From Leptolyngbyaceae cyanobacterium (GTDB taxonomy: Bacteria > Cyanobacteriota > Cyanobacteriia > Phormidesmidales > Phormidesmidaceae), in assembly GCA_965263355.1 (NCBI GenBank), contig CBDHHL010000048.1, positions 230,017 to 294,016 of the forward strand: 64,000 nucleotides of DNA. The letters run 5' to 3'. The notes under the pieces were generated by a model. It saw nothing but the letters and a program-made list of their open reading frames with translations, was not told the origin of the DNA and did not search any database. A program made the position numbers and the translations under genes. Of the stretch, positions 11,576 to 22,352 are shown one piece after another (position 1 is the first letter of the stretch; each line of letters begins with the position of its first letter).

Positions 11576-12277
11576 ATGGGGCAAATTATAGACCTGCTTA
11601 GACGACTGCCAACAAAGTCGCCATCACAAATCTTAAACCAATTAAGTAACCTCCATGATCGCGTGCTCAGTGGAGAAACCATAGAATTGCCCGCAGTTAC
11701 TATCATACTGTCATCGGGCCAGTCCCTGCGAGGGATCGTTTTAAAACTAGAGCAACCAACAGACTGCCAAGACAATATTCTACTATTACAATCTGCAAAC
11801 CAGGATGTCTTATACTTACTGCAGTCTGCTGTGGTCGGTGTTACTATCCACTACAATCAAGAGAATCTAAATCTTTTGACAGCCGAAAGCAGTACTTATA
11901 AACCTCCACAAAAAGATATTGTCTCTCGTTTAGATTTAAATCGCCAGGCCCAAACATTAACGACAAACTTAGCAACATCTGATATTGACTGTGCCATTCG
12001 TCTAAACTGGGATTTATTGCCCACAACAGAACCATCCATGCAGGTATTGACAAATAGCCTACAAGATCTGGAAACAATTTTAATGGACATTCAGGCAGAA
12101 ACGATTGGCCGTATCGCCCTTGCCACACAGGTAAGGTCCATTGAGCTACAGGCAGGCACCGAGGCCAACATTCGATTAGCAGAACAAACATTGATGCTAT
12201 GTTTTGCAAGACTAGGCAATGATCTTGTTCCGTGGCCCAAAGCTCGCTTACATCAGACTATCGAACAACATTTATAG
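11576..12277 (+). CDS. Hypothetical protein; C-terminal domain appears paralogous to the upstream gene
   Basis: 233-aa ORF starting 4 nt after the previous stop. Confidence 0.75.
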   Translation: MGQIIDLLRRLPTKSPSQILNQLSNLHDRVLSGETIELPAVTIILSSGQSLRGIVLKLEQPTDCQDNILLLQSANQDVLYLLQSAVVGVTIHYNQENLNLLTAESSTYKPPQKDIVSRLDLNRQAQTLTTNLATSDIDCAIRLNWDLLPTTEPSMQVLTNSLQDLETILMDIQAETIGRIALATQVRSIELQAGTEANIRLAEQTLMLCFARLGNDLVPWPKARLHQTIEQHL

Positions 12278-12289
12278 AACAACCAACGG

Positions 12290-14902
12290 TTAGCACCACA
12301 AAGATGGACGACTAATGCCATACCCTTGGACAAAGTCGACGCCAATAGATTGCATTTTAGCCAGAATTGACTCATTTTCTACGGATTCAGCAATGGTCTG
12401 TAAACCCATAACACTGCCAACTCGATGGATCGACTCAACAATAGCCTCGGTTGTAGAGTCTGTTGTTATATCTTGGATAAAATCACCATCAATTTTGAGA
12501 AAATCAACGGGTAATGCCTTTAAATAGGCAAATGAAGACATACCACTGCCAAAATCGTCTAAAGCAAAGCGACATCCTAATCGACTCAGCGCTCGAATAA
12601 ATGACGTCGCCCCTTTAAAGTCAGAGATAGCAGCTGTTTCCGTAATTTCAAAACAAATCACGTCAGGCGGCACACTAAACCGCTGAAATTGAGCAATCAC
12701 AAACTCAAGAAACTGCTCATCATTAAGGCTATCACCAGAGAGATTAATACTATAAAGGATATTTCCAACACCTTCTTTGAGCAATTTTTCTAAATTTAAT
12801 AAACAAGTTTGTATAATCCAGCGATCTAACATAGGCATCAAACCATATCGTTCAGCTGCTGGGATAAATTCTGCTGGAGAGATGCTCTCTCCAGATTCCT
12901 TCAGCATACGCACAAGCACCTCGTAAAAATCAATCAATGACCGTTCAGAATTCAGCGTTTGTACAATTTTCTGACGATAGAGACAAAAGCGATTATTCTC
13001 AAGTGCTTGACGGATAACAACACTCCAATGCCGTTCTTGTCGCTGTTGGCTCAGCTCAGCATTATCTTTTTGATAAATCTGAATGCGATTACGGCCTCGA
13101 TACTTAGCGGCATAACAGGCAGCATCGGCAGCACTCATGACAGCTATAGCATCTGTACTATTAGTGTCTACAGCCACTAGACCAATACTCACACCAATCC
13201 GAAAAACTTGATCCTGCCAAACAAATGGATAATCTGCTATCGCCTGACGTAGGTTTTCAGCAATGTTCACAGCCTGCTCCATCGGGCATTGCGTGAGTAA
13301 AATACCAAACTCGTCCCCTCCAAGCCGAGCCACCGTATCTGCAGCTCGCGTGTGACATTTTAGCAAGCGGGCTAACTGCCGCAATAGTTCATCCCCTGCT
13401 AGATGACCACTCGTGTCATTCACCACCTTAAATTGATCAAGATCTAAATAACAAAATACATGGTGCTGATTTTGTTGCACTGCCGTTAGCACCATCTCCT
13501 CCAATTCAGCTTCAAAATAGCGACGATTATACAATTCTGTTAATGCGTCATGGCTGGCTTGCCAACTCAGCTGTCTTGCCATAGCACGAGACTGGGTAAC
13601 ATCGTGAAACACCATAACAACGCCAATCATTTTTTGTTGTCGGTTCAGGATAGGCGCAGCTGAATCCTCGATACTAAATTCGTGACCATCACGACGAACC
13701 AAAACTGTATGATTCGCCAAACCTGTCACCAAGCCATTTGCTAGGACCTGCTCTACAGGATTCACAGCAGGCTCTCGCGTCGTTTCATGAATAACATTGA
13801 AAACTTCAGAAAGGGGATGCCCGTGGGCTGCCTGGGTTGACCACCCTGTCATAACTTCGGCAACAGGATTTAGATAATTCACTCGACCAACAGAATCGGT
13901 CGTAATAACAGCATCACCAATGGAATCGAGGGTGACTTGAGCAATTTCTTTTTCGGTTTCTAGGGCCACTTCCAACAGCTTACGGTTGGTGATATCGGTA
14001 ATGGTACCAACATAGCCACTTAAATCACCACTAGTGTCGTACTCAGCAACAGCCTGACCAACCACCCAGGTCACTTCACCCGCTGGTGTCTGAAATCGAT
14101 ATTCGGATTCAAACGGTTGGTTAGTTTGAGCGGCATGGTACCAGTCATGGGACACCCGGGCTCGATCACCAGAATGAATAGCGCTCACCCAACCTGAGCC
14201 TAACGCTTGCTCAATTGAGAGACCTGCAATATCGCACCAGTGTTGATTAACATAGACACAATCACCTTGAGAATCAGTTCGAAAGATTCCTACAGGTACA
14301 GCTGCTGCCAGATTAGCATAGTGATTTCGACTTTCCTTAAATTGAGATGTTTGCGATTTAAGTAGTGATAAATTTTCATCTTGCAGGCAAGTCAGCTCCT
14401 CCCTAAGAATTTGAATAGTTTGATACATATCTGATGGCTCTAGCATTGACAGGATACTGGTTTGGGTAACAACCCCCAGTAATTTTCCCTGGCTATCTAA
14501 TACCGGTAAATAGCGAATACGGTGCCGCTTGAAAAGGGCAATGACATCAAATGGATGCGCTAAGTCTTTGGCCGTAATCGCGATAACATTAGTTGCCATG
14601 ACGTCAGCAACCGTAAAAGCCTGCAAATCTCTGGCCTGAGAAATAACCTTAACAACATCATGTTCAGTGAAAATACCGAGTAACTGCTCCCCTGACATAA
14701 CAAGACAGTAACTAGTTGCAATGGGGGGTCTACCGACTAGGGTTCCAGGGGAATTCACATGCCCCTGCGACATCCACTGTATAACCTGACGTAAGGAAGC
14801 ATTAGGTTCTACAACTAAAGGGAATTGATCAATATCAACTCGCTTAACAAACCCATCCATTATTTGGATAGAGAACTTATTATTTTCAGGCTCCATGGGC
14901 AC
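12290..14902 (-). CDS. CBS-PAS-PAS-GGDEF-EAL c-di-GMP signalling protein
   Basis: CBS pair (GIFTEHDVV), two PAS/PAC domains, intact RLGGDEF, EVL and LDDFGSG motifs. Confidence 0.93.
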   Translation of the reverse strand: MPMEPENNKFSIQIMDGFVKRVDIDQFPLVVEPNASLRQVIQWMSQGHVNSPGTLVGRPPIATSYCLVMSGEQLLGIFTEHDVVKVISQARDLQAFTVADVMATNVIAITAKDLAHPFDVIALFKRHRIRYLPVLDSQGKLLGVVTQTSILSMLEPSDMYQTIQILREELTCLQDENLSLLKSQTSQFKESRNHYANLAAAVPVGIFRTDSQGDCVYVNQHWCDIAGLSIEQALGSGWVSAIHSGDRARVSHDWYHAAQTNQPFESEYRFQTPAGEVTWVVGQAVAEYDTSGDLSGYVGTITDITNRKLLEVALETEKEIAQVTLDSIGDAVITTDSVGRVNYLNPVAEVMTGWSTQAAHGHPLSEVFNVIHETTREPAVNPVEQVLANGLVTGLANHTVLVRRDGHEFSIEDSAAPILNRQQKMIGVVMVFHDVTQSRAMARQLSWQASHDALTELYNRRYFEAELEEMVLTAVQQNQHHVFCYLDLDQFKVVNDTSGHLAGDELLRQLARLLKCHTRAADTVARLGGDEFGILLTQCPMEQAVNIAENLRQAIADYPFVWQDQVFRIGVSIGLVAVDTNSTDAIAVMSAADAACYAAKYRGRNRIQIYQKDNAELSQQRQERHWSVVIRQALENNRFCLYRQKIVQTLNSERSLIDFYEVLVRMLKESGESISPAEFIPAAERYGLMPMLDRWIIQTCLLNLEKLLKEGVGNILYSINLSGDSLNDEQFLEFVIAQFQRFSVPPDVICFEITETAAISDFKGATSFIRALSRLGCRFALDDFGSGMSSFAYLKALPVDFLKIDGDFIQDITTDSTTEAIVESIHRVGSVMGLQTIAESVENESILAKMQSIGVDFVQGYGISRPSLWC

Positions 14903-15360
14903 TAAATATTGCCATCAAACATAAAAGTACGAATAGTATTAGCAGGCTATAAACCAAACGGTTTAGCCACAAATAGGTTCATAGACAAGTACTACATTCC
15001 AAACCCAAGAAGATAAATTAATGGTGAACATGTTACTACGTGAGAAGCTTAAATCACCAGCAAAATCATGTTATTGATCAAAAAAAAGACCGAACACAAC
15101 CTTAACCTTATTGATTAAAACCAATGTGTTCAAGGAGTTCTTTGGATATTGAAATTGCTGCAAAATTGACCTTTAAAATATAAAAATTCGCGTATCGCAT
15201 TTAACATAAGATACACCATATTTTATGAAGGTCACAGGATAACGGTTGCTACAACAGAAACCTCAACAGCCTGAATCAATCTTTATAAGGGTAATTGAAG
15301 GATTTTTCCGTTACAAAAGTGTATTTATTTTGCTTATGTTGGTTATCTAGCTAGCCTAAG

Positions 15361-18300
15361 TTAGACTTCACTCATCAACTTTAATAACTCATTAGTAGAA
15401 AGCTTACCGCTCATATCAGAACCTTCTAGTAAGCTATCGGCAAGATCACGTTTTTTATTGTGCAGGTCGACGATTTTCTCTTCGATCGTACCCTTCGTAA
15501 CTAGGCGATAAATGGTCACTGGACGAACTTGTCCAATGCGATGGGCCCGATCTGAGGCCTGGTCTTCCACAGCTGGATTCCACCAAGGATCCATGTGAAT
15601 AACATAGTCAGCAGCTGTCAAATTTAGACCAGTACCACCGGCTTTCAGGCTAATTAGAAATACATTACCCTGACCAGACTGAAACGCATCTACACGCTGC
15701 TTACGTTGTTTAGCGGGCGTACTACCATCTAGATACTGATAGGCAATCGTCTGTTCATCTAAGTACTGCTTTAAAATTGTTAAATGATCAACGAACTGAC
15801 TAAATACCAACGCTTTATGGCGGTTGCTGAGCAATTCGTCTAAGATTTCTCCAAAAAGTTGTAGCTTGGCGCTTGTCGGGGCCATATCCGGCACGACCAA
15901 CTTAGGATTGCAACACATACGCCGTAGTCGGGTAATTTCGGCCAGGACCTGTAGGTGCTTGGTACCGGCTTTGGCATCGGTGGTAGTGAGTTTTGCGATC
16001 GCATCCCGTCGCAGGGCTTCATACAATGCCTTTTCTTCGGTACTCAGCTCTACATGGAGGGTAATCTCAGTACGCGAAGGCAGCTCATCCAACACCTGGG
16101 CTTTTGTACGCCGCAGCATAAAGGGTTGAATCAGTTTCTTAAGCCGCAGACGGGCCTGTTTATCTTGATGACGTTCAATGGGAATGGCAAACCGCTCGTT
16201 AAACTTATCTAACGACCCCAACAAACCAGGATTAATAAATCGGAACAAATTCCATAGCTCTCCCAAATGGTTTTCAATCGGGGTCCCTGTGGTCACCACC
16301 TTAAACCTCCCTTGAAGCCTCATCGCTGCCTGGGAGCGTTTAGTCGCACTATTTTTAATCGCTTGAGCCTCATCTAGAACAATGGTTTGCCAGTCCACTT
16401 CAGCTAATAATTCTGCCACTTCTGGCTGTTGCAATAGGCCATAGCTACACACCAGTAAATCAAACCCACTCAGCTGATCCACCAAGGCCTGACGGTTACT
16501 ACTCCCAAACTGCACAACATTCAAAGTAGGGGCAAACCGTTGAGCTTCACTTATCCAGTTAGCGCCAACACTAGTAGGAGCCACCACCAATGTCGGGCCG
16601 TTGGGAGCCCGTAATAAAATGACGGCCAACGCCTGGAGAGTTTTACCTAAGCCCATATCATCGGCTAAACAAGCTCCTACCCCCCAATGGGCCAACTGAG
16701 CCAACCAATGAAATCCCTCCTGCTGATAGTCTCGCAGTTCAGCCTGCAGCGTCGAAGGCACCTCAGGGGTAATTGTTTTAGACTCTTTTAGCCTCTTAAT
16801 ATGAGACTTCCAGGTTTTATCTGCCTTCAGCTGTCCCACTTCATCCAGCGTTTCTTCAAGGGCTAGAGCAGCCAGGGGATGAAACCGAGCCCCCTTACCA
16901 TGGCGCTCTGAATAAGCCCGAAACTCATCCAACCGTTTACGGAAAGCCTGGGTCAATGCTAAAAATTGACCATCTCCAATGGGTACGAACCGACTTGATG
17001 TTTGCTCCAACAACGATAGGAGTGCCTGCATATCCATCACACTACCATCATCTAACTCCAGCTCCCCGCTGACAGAAAACCAGTCTTTTTCTTGTTTAAT
17101 TTGCAACCGCCAACCATCAATACCGGCTTTATTGCGAATCTTGAGTTTCTCTCCCTCGGGCCATTCTAAAACAATATTTTCTTCTAAAGCTTCCAGCTGT
17201 AGTAACAATTCTAGACAGATTTCTGGCTCATCTAATATCCATTCACTCCCTGACTCTTCTCCAGACTGCAGTGCTGGACAAGCTTGTTGTACATCTTGAG
17301 CAAGCCGTATTTCCATAGAGAGATCGCGGGTCGCTTGGGAGCGCTTGCCGTCAATTTCAGCAATTACCGTTTTACGGCCAGCACCTGGCGGATAATAGGC
17401 CCCAGAGTTGGGAAAGGGGCGGGTCAACATCGATAACTTGAGACCATCACCTGCAGGCATCAAATGTACATGAGGTTTAGCATCCGCTTCGATGGTTTCC
17501 ACATCGGTCATGTCGCCACCGATATCGGAATGAATGGTCACCATGCTCGACATTGATTGAATCGCTGCCAACACTTGACCTTGACCTGCAGCAGGCACCG
17601 TCAGTTGATTCCGTTTACCCAAAACCTCAGCAATGCGCTGATGTTCTACATTGATTTCCAACACTTTGATCCGAGTCGGTGTTTCTTTCACCAATGTGAT
17701 GCCTTCACTAGGAGTAATTTCCGGCTCCATGCGCAGCGTTAAAGTACCGTCACCTGACTGCTCAATCACCAGTTCTGGAGTAGCCGCAACAATCTCTAAA
17801 CGAACAGTAGGAGACTCTTCCCAAAATACAAACGGGTGACCCACCAACACTTTAATGGCATCGCGACTAAGGGCATATTGAGTACCCGAATAGTAATCAT
17901 ACTTAATGTAATTGCAGGCTTGCAGATCTTGAGCTGTCAGATAATCAAATTCTGTCGCGTTCTTAGCTAACCGACTAAGTGCGATGACACGCCCCTTGGT
18001 CCAGATGCCTTTAGCCGTGAGTTTTTGTTCTCTGGGTTGGAGTAACCAGTGCTTTGTATATAAGGTCAAAAACCAGGCTAACCGTCGCTCTGTTTTAGGA
18101 TTATTACTCGTTGTTACAGTAGCCAGGTTGGTTAATGCTTTTAGGCTTAGTTCCCAAGTACTCTGTGGCTCTAGGGTATCGGCAATAGAGACTTGCAGTT
18201 GCTGACCGCCCCAATGAGCATAATCACTGGCAGGAACCAGACGCCCTAAAATCTCAACCGCCTCTGCCGCCAGCCAATATAGTCCAGCATCATCTGCCAG

Positions 18301-19563
18301 TTCTGCAAACAAGGCTAAGGGACGCGGCACAGCAGCCTTAGCCTCATCTAAGTCAAGCCAGTAAAGACAGAGCATGCTAAAAAACATACCAAAACTATCG
18401 TCTTCATCGTCGCCGTAACATTCAATCAGCTCCAATAACCTTTGACGGGCAGAGAGCTGCCCCTGATGCAGTACGGCAAGTTCATGCAATAGATGATAAG
18501 CATTACTCAAATAGCCAGCGCTTTGCATCAGCGGTTTACTCAATGCCACCGCTTCTTTAAGCTGGTTTGGCTGCCCTGATTTGAGCAATGCCAACATGTA
18601 AAACAATCCAGCGATGCCTCCAATAACCGCTTTTTTACCCAACTGTTTACGGGCCAGCTTGTTGGCGCTTGTGTAGTAGTTCAGAGAGAGTGTTAGGTCT
18701 CCTTGCAACATCGCTAAGGCACCACGCAACGCAGTTGCATAAGCTTGAGACTGCTCGTCAATGGTGTTATCGAGAATGGTTTCGACATCGGCAAAGCGAT
18801 GACGCAATAAATACTGTTCTCCTAACAAAACATTAAACTCGCCGCCAGTCCCCTGATTTTCTTCTAATAGTTCTAATAGTTCATCTGCAGGCTCTAATCG
18901 GGCAGTGGCACTAGTCAGCAGAATTTTTAGTACACTACCGTAATGTTCAGGGGGGAGTTTAGGCAGCCAGCTGGCATCAAATGGATTGCTGGCAACATCC
19001 ATCAGAAAATTTTCTAGGGCAACAGGCGTGGCATAGTAGTTGTAATTGCTATAGTCGAGAAACAGCTGGGGGAGCATCTCATAGTCTCCCTCGTATAGAG
19101 CTAGACGGGCTTCACGATAGAGTTCGTCTTTAGAGCGACAAATATGACGGATGCGATTTATTCGACCACTTTGGCGACGGGGATGAAAGATCGATTTAAC
19201 AGCCTGAAACATGGGCTCAAAGTGGTCCGATTCCACTACCTCCCGTGTCACCATTTCCACAATCAAAGGATGGCATTGGGGCAGATGCCCTGCACCGTAG
19301 ATGAGAATCTGATGCTCCATCAAATTCGTAATCTGGGGCCTTAGATTACTGGGTGTAATCGTTTTTCCAGTGGCAGTAGTGACCTTAATATGATTGAGAG
19401 CTGCAGCGATGTTAGCCAGACTGGTAGGCCCGTAAAAAACGGAGAGCAGTTGGACAATGTTTTGACGTAATGGCGTTTGCTGCTGATAAATTTCAAAGAG
19501 CTGCGATCGCAACTCCTCAAAATCAAAATCAAACTCGGCCTCGTCATCTATCCAGCTATCCAT
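15361..19563 (-). CDS. SNF2/SWI2-family helicase
   Basis: LADDMGLGKT (Walker A), LDEAQAIKN, TGTPIEN, SLKAGGTGLNL and QASDRAHRIGQ motifs. Confidence 0.95.
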   Translation of the reverse strand: MDSWIDDEAEFDFDFEELRSQLFEIYQQQTPLRQNIVQLLSVFYGPTSLANIAAALNHIKVTTATGKTITPSNLRPQITNLMEHQILIYGAGHLPQCHPLIVEMVTREVVESDHFEPMFQAVKSIFHPRRQSGRINRIRHICRSKDELYREARLALYEGDYEMLPQLFLDYSNYNYYATPVALENFLMDVASNPFDASWLPKLPPEHYGSVLKILLTSATARLEPADELLELLEENQGTGGEFNVLLGEQYLLRHRFADVETILDNTIDEQSQAYATALRGALAMLQGDLTLSLNYYTSANKLARKQLGKKAVIGGIAGLFYMLALLKSGQPNQLKEAVALSKPLMQSAGYLSNAYHLLHELAVLHQGQLSARQRLLELIECYGDDEDDSFGMFFSMLCLYWLDLDEAKAAVPRPLALFAELADDAGLYWLAAEAVEILGRLVPASDYAHWGGQQLQVSIADTLEPQSTWELSLKALTNLATVTTSNNPKTERRLAWFLTLYTKHWLLQPREQKLTAKGIWTKGRVIALSRLAKNATEFDYLTAQDLQACNYIKYDYYSGTQYALSRDAIKVLVGHPFVFWEESPTVRLEIVAATPELVIEQSGDGTLTLRMEPEITPSEGITLVKETPTRIKVLEINVEHQRIAEVLGKRNQLTVPAAGQGQVLAAIQSMSSMVTIHSDIGGDMTDVETIEADAKPHVHLMPAGDGLKLSMLTRPFPNSGAYYPPGAGRKTVIAEIDGKRSQATRDLSMEIRLAQDVQQACPALQSGEESGSEWILDEPEICLELLLQLEALEENIVLEWPEGEKLKIRNKAGIDGWRLQIKQEKDWFSVSGELELDDGSVMDMQALLSLLEQTSSRFVPIGDGQFLALTQAFRKRLDEFRAYSERHGKGARFHPLAALALEETLDEVGQLKADKTWKSHIKRLKESKTITPEVPSTLQAELRDYQQEGFHWLAQLAHWGVGACLADDMGLGKTLQALAVILLRAPNGPTLVVAPTSVGANWISEAQRFAPTLNVVQFGSSNRQALVDQLSGFDLLVCSYGLLQQPEVAELLAEVDWQTIVLDEAQAIKNSATKRSQAAMRLQGRFKVVTTGTPIENHLGELWNLFRFINPGLLGSLDKFNERFAIPIERHQDKQARLRLKKLIQPFMLRRTKAQVLDELPSRTEITLHVELSTEEKALYEALRRDAIAKLTTTDAKAGTKHLQVLAEITRLRRMCCNPKLVVPDMAPTSAKLQLFGEILDELLSNRHKALVFSQFVDHLTILKQYLDEQTIAYQYLDGSTPAKQRKQRVDAFQSGQGNVFLISLKAGGTGLNLTAADYVIHMDPWWNPAVEDQASDRAHRIGQVRPVTIYRLVTKGTIEEKIVDLHNKKRDLADSLLEGSDMSGKLSTNELLKLMSEV

Positions 19564-19759
19564 CTAAATCACCCATCTGAGCGCCTAAATGCTTAATTAT
19601 ATAAGTTTTAGCTGATGAATAGGTACTTTCAAGAATAGTTTAAGGTCTACAGAAAAGGGTGGGGAGCGTCAAAGCTAAAAAGTTCGGATTAGTTACTGAT
19701 AAAGAGTAGAGGGTAAAGATTAGACCAGTTTTACCCAAAATCCTAGGTTTGACAGACCA

Positions 19760-20824
19760 CTAGGCCGCAAAACGACGGTTGGTGGATGCAGCCACATATT
19801 TACTCTGGCGGCATGAGGGAGGTACCTGCCGCAGGCGATGGAGCAGAATCAGGGACTTGAATTCTAAGTCCCGACAGTTCAAGGGCTGAATAAACTTATC
19901 TAACGGGTTGAGATCCACCACAAACTGGCCTAATTGCATACCAATGGGCTCTAAATGGTTGCCCTTGAGTAACCGTCGGCGAATGTGGGGTTGTTCTTGC
20001 ATAAGCTGTTGACAGGTATTAGCAGTTTTGCGATCGCGAGCAAATTGGATTAACCCCGTCAATCGGAATAACTGACTATGCTCAATGAGCTGATGGGTCT
20101 GTTCAACAGTCGGAGACACCAGCTGGAGATTACCTACGGACAGTTGCAGCAACTTGACCAGGATAGGGTCTGTTAGCGTCGGAGCCAACAACAGAGAAGC
20201 CTGATGCGTAATCGATGGTTGACCCTCATCAAGGGGATGGCCAGTCAGCCGTTGGATATGTTTTTCTATCAGTTTTACACGATTGCTCAGACAGGACAAT
20301 CCCCGTTGAATTACCTGCAGCTGACGATGACCAGCCCCATTCTGACCATACTCTTGACAGTTCCCTGCTAAGCCATCCATGGGAGAACTCAACAGTTCTA
20401 ACAGCATGATGTACTTACACCCCAGGCCATGACCTATCCATGTATAGTTAGCCGCGTCTAAATAAACCGCTGGATCGTAGCCTTTAGCCATCGCCATCTC
20501 AATCATGGCAGCCCGTAGCGTATAGTGCTGGTCTAAAAGATCAATGGCAATGGCCCAATGGTGAAGGGTAAACCGAAACGGCAAGGCTACAATTGTATAG
20601 CCCGCATCAAAGAGACTTTTGAGAAAGTGACGATAGGAGAGTGTGGGGAATATGCCGAATAAAGCCTCACCCACAAATTGAATGATACCTTTGGGTTGAG
20701 GATGCAGGGCTACCCAGCTATGGGAACAGGGTAGAAATTGAAATTCAGCGGCCATACTAGGTAACGATAAAACCATAGTGAAATAATGTATAAAAAGACT
20801 CCTAGAGCCGCAGTAGATATTCAA
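19760..20824 (-). CDS. DUF1350-like alpha/beta hydrolase-fold protein
   Basis: HPQPKGIIQFVG, FTLHHW and WIGHGLGCK motifs (the nucleophile-elbow Ser is replaced by Gly); start codon uncertain. Confidence 0.7.
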   Translation of the reverse strand: MNIYCGSRSLFIHYFTMVLSLPSMAAEFQFLPCSHSWVALHPQPKGIIQFVGEALFGIFPTLSYRHFLKSLFDAGYTIVALPFRFTLHHWAIAIDLLDQHYTLRAAMIEMAMAKGYDPAVYLDAANYTWIGHGLGCKYIMLLELLSSPMDGLAGNCQEYGQNGAGHRQLQVIQRGLSCLSNRVKLIEKHIQRLTGHPLDEGQPSITHQASLLLAPTLTDPILVKLLQLSVGNLQLVSPTVEQTHQLIEHSQLFRLTGLIQFARDRKTANTCQQLMQEQPHIRRRLLKGNHLEPIGMQLGQFVVDLNPLDKFIQPLNCRDLEFKSLILLHRLRQVPPSCRQSKYVAASTNRRFAA

Positions 20825-21111
20825 TACTTCTGATGTTTACTCCAGTACTATTGAGCATTCCGGATAGTCCACTAAAACCATACAGAACGAGACAAGTCAG
20901 CCCCAAAAGTACACAAACGGGTACTAGTCACAGGCACTGTTTCTAAGCCACGGTAGCAACAGCTCGCATCGTGAGTAAAACAGTACATGACTGGTTCAAT
21001 ATCCGAGTCAACCTATGTACTTGCATCAGGGTTGGGGAGTTATCGTTCTCCCCCAGTGATTCTCGCAGTGCGAGAATCTGTGTCTTCCACAGTGGGAATA
21101 AGTCTCTAAGT

Positions 21112-21147
21112 GAGGGGTTGTTTATTTTTAGCGACTCCTCTTTTTTT
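21112..21147 (+). terminator. Plus-strand intrinsic terminator with no plus-strand CDS upstream
   Basis: GAGGGGTTGTT-loop-AGCGACTCCTC stem with G:U pairs, followed by T7. Confidence 0.65.
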
Positions 21148-21209
21148 AGTTTTTATCAAACTTACTAAGTAGACAGAATTGCAATGCCCTACCTGCTCAA
21201 TAAAGAATT

Positions 21210-22184
21210 TTAATCCGTCTGGATCAACCCCGTTGATTCAGGTAGCCCCAACATAATGTTCAGATTTTGCACAGCAGCCCCTGAGGCCCCTTTACCTAAG
21301 TTATCCAACCGTGCAATCACAACAGCCTCACAAGTATCGTCGTTAGCAAAGACGAACAACTGAACCTGATTTGTTCCATTAACCGCTTTGGTATCAAGGA
21401 ATTTGCCATCTCGCAATCCATCATTAGCATCCCCTAAGGTATGCACCTGCACAAACGACTCCTTGGCATAGTAATCGGCCAATGCATCCCTCAACTGCTG
21501 ACCAGTAGGGGAGGGCTCTAAAGTCCACAGAGGCAGCGGAATTTGCACTAACATACCCTGCTCAAAGGCCCCTACTGCTGGTAGAAATAAGGGCCCATGG
21601 ACCAAGCCAGAGTATTGGTGCATTTCCTTAACGTGTTTGTGGCCAAACGTCAGACCATAGATGCCATAGGGATATTTAGGTTCGGACTCCCCCCGATACT
21701 CACTGTAGGTCTCGATCAGCTGTCGTCCGCCCCCGGAATACCCAGAAATGGCATTAATAGTCACTGGAAAATCGGCAGGAATCAACCCAGAGGCCACTAG
21801 TGGTTTCATGGCCGCTAAAAATCCGGTGGGATAACAGCCTGGATTACTCACTCGCTGGGCTTTTGCGATCGCATCCCGCTGCCCCGGTGCTAGCTCTGGA
21901 AATCCATAAACCCAATTTGGATCAGTGCGGTGGGCCGTACTGGCATCCAAAATTTTGACGCTGGGACTAGAAACCAATCCAACTACCTCGCGGGCCGCTG
22001 CATCCGGCAAACATAAAATCGCCACATCAACAGCATCAATCATGTGGGCTCGTTCTACCACGTCTTTACGCTTAGCAGGGTCAATGCTGACAACGGTGAG
22101 ATCGTCTCGCTGGGCTAGACGGGTATAAATTTGTAGCCCGGTTGTACCCGCTTCACCATCAATAAAAACCCTGGGCTGAACCAT
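21210..22184 (-). CDS. argC: N-acetyl-gamma-glutamyl-phosphate reductase (type 2)
   Basis: VFIDGEAGTTG, DASTAHR, NPGCYPT and DNLGKGASGAAVQN motifs. Confidence 0.95.
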   Translation of the reverse strand: MVQPRVFIDGEAGTTGLQIYTRLAQRDDLTVVSIDPAKRKDVVERAHMIDAVDVAILCLPDAAAREVVGLVSSPSVKILDASTAHRTDPNWVYGFPELAPGQRDAIAKAQRVSNPGCYPTGFLAAMKPLVASGLIPADFPVTINAISGYSGGGRQLIETYSEYRGESEPKYPYGIYGLTFGHKHVKEMHQYSGLVHGPLFLPAVGAFEQGMLVQIPLPLWTLEPSPTGQQLRDALADYYAKESFVQVHTLGDANDGLRDGKFLDTKAVNGTNQVQLFVFANDDTCEAVVIARLDNLGKGASGAAVQNLNIMLGLPESTGLIQTD

Positions 22185-22352
22185 GGGACAACTCCTGATC
22201 AATCAATTAAAACCTATCTGTGCATTTTATCGGGCTATGCTTCCAATAAAGCAACCCATATGAGGGCGTTAGCCTATAGAGGCAGTGCCTGTGAGGGTTT
22301 CAATTGTCTGATTCGCTACCTGAGCTATGCAATCGGGCATTCTGATGAATGA

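Noticed and set aside
15361..19563. SNF2 helicase as part of a defence system
   Set aside because: It stands alone in core-like context with no methylase, nuclease or other defence partner adjacent.
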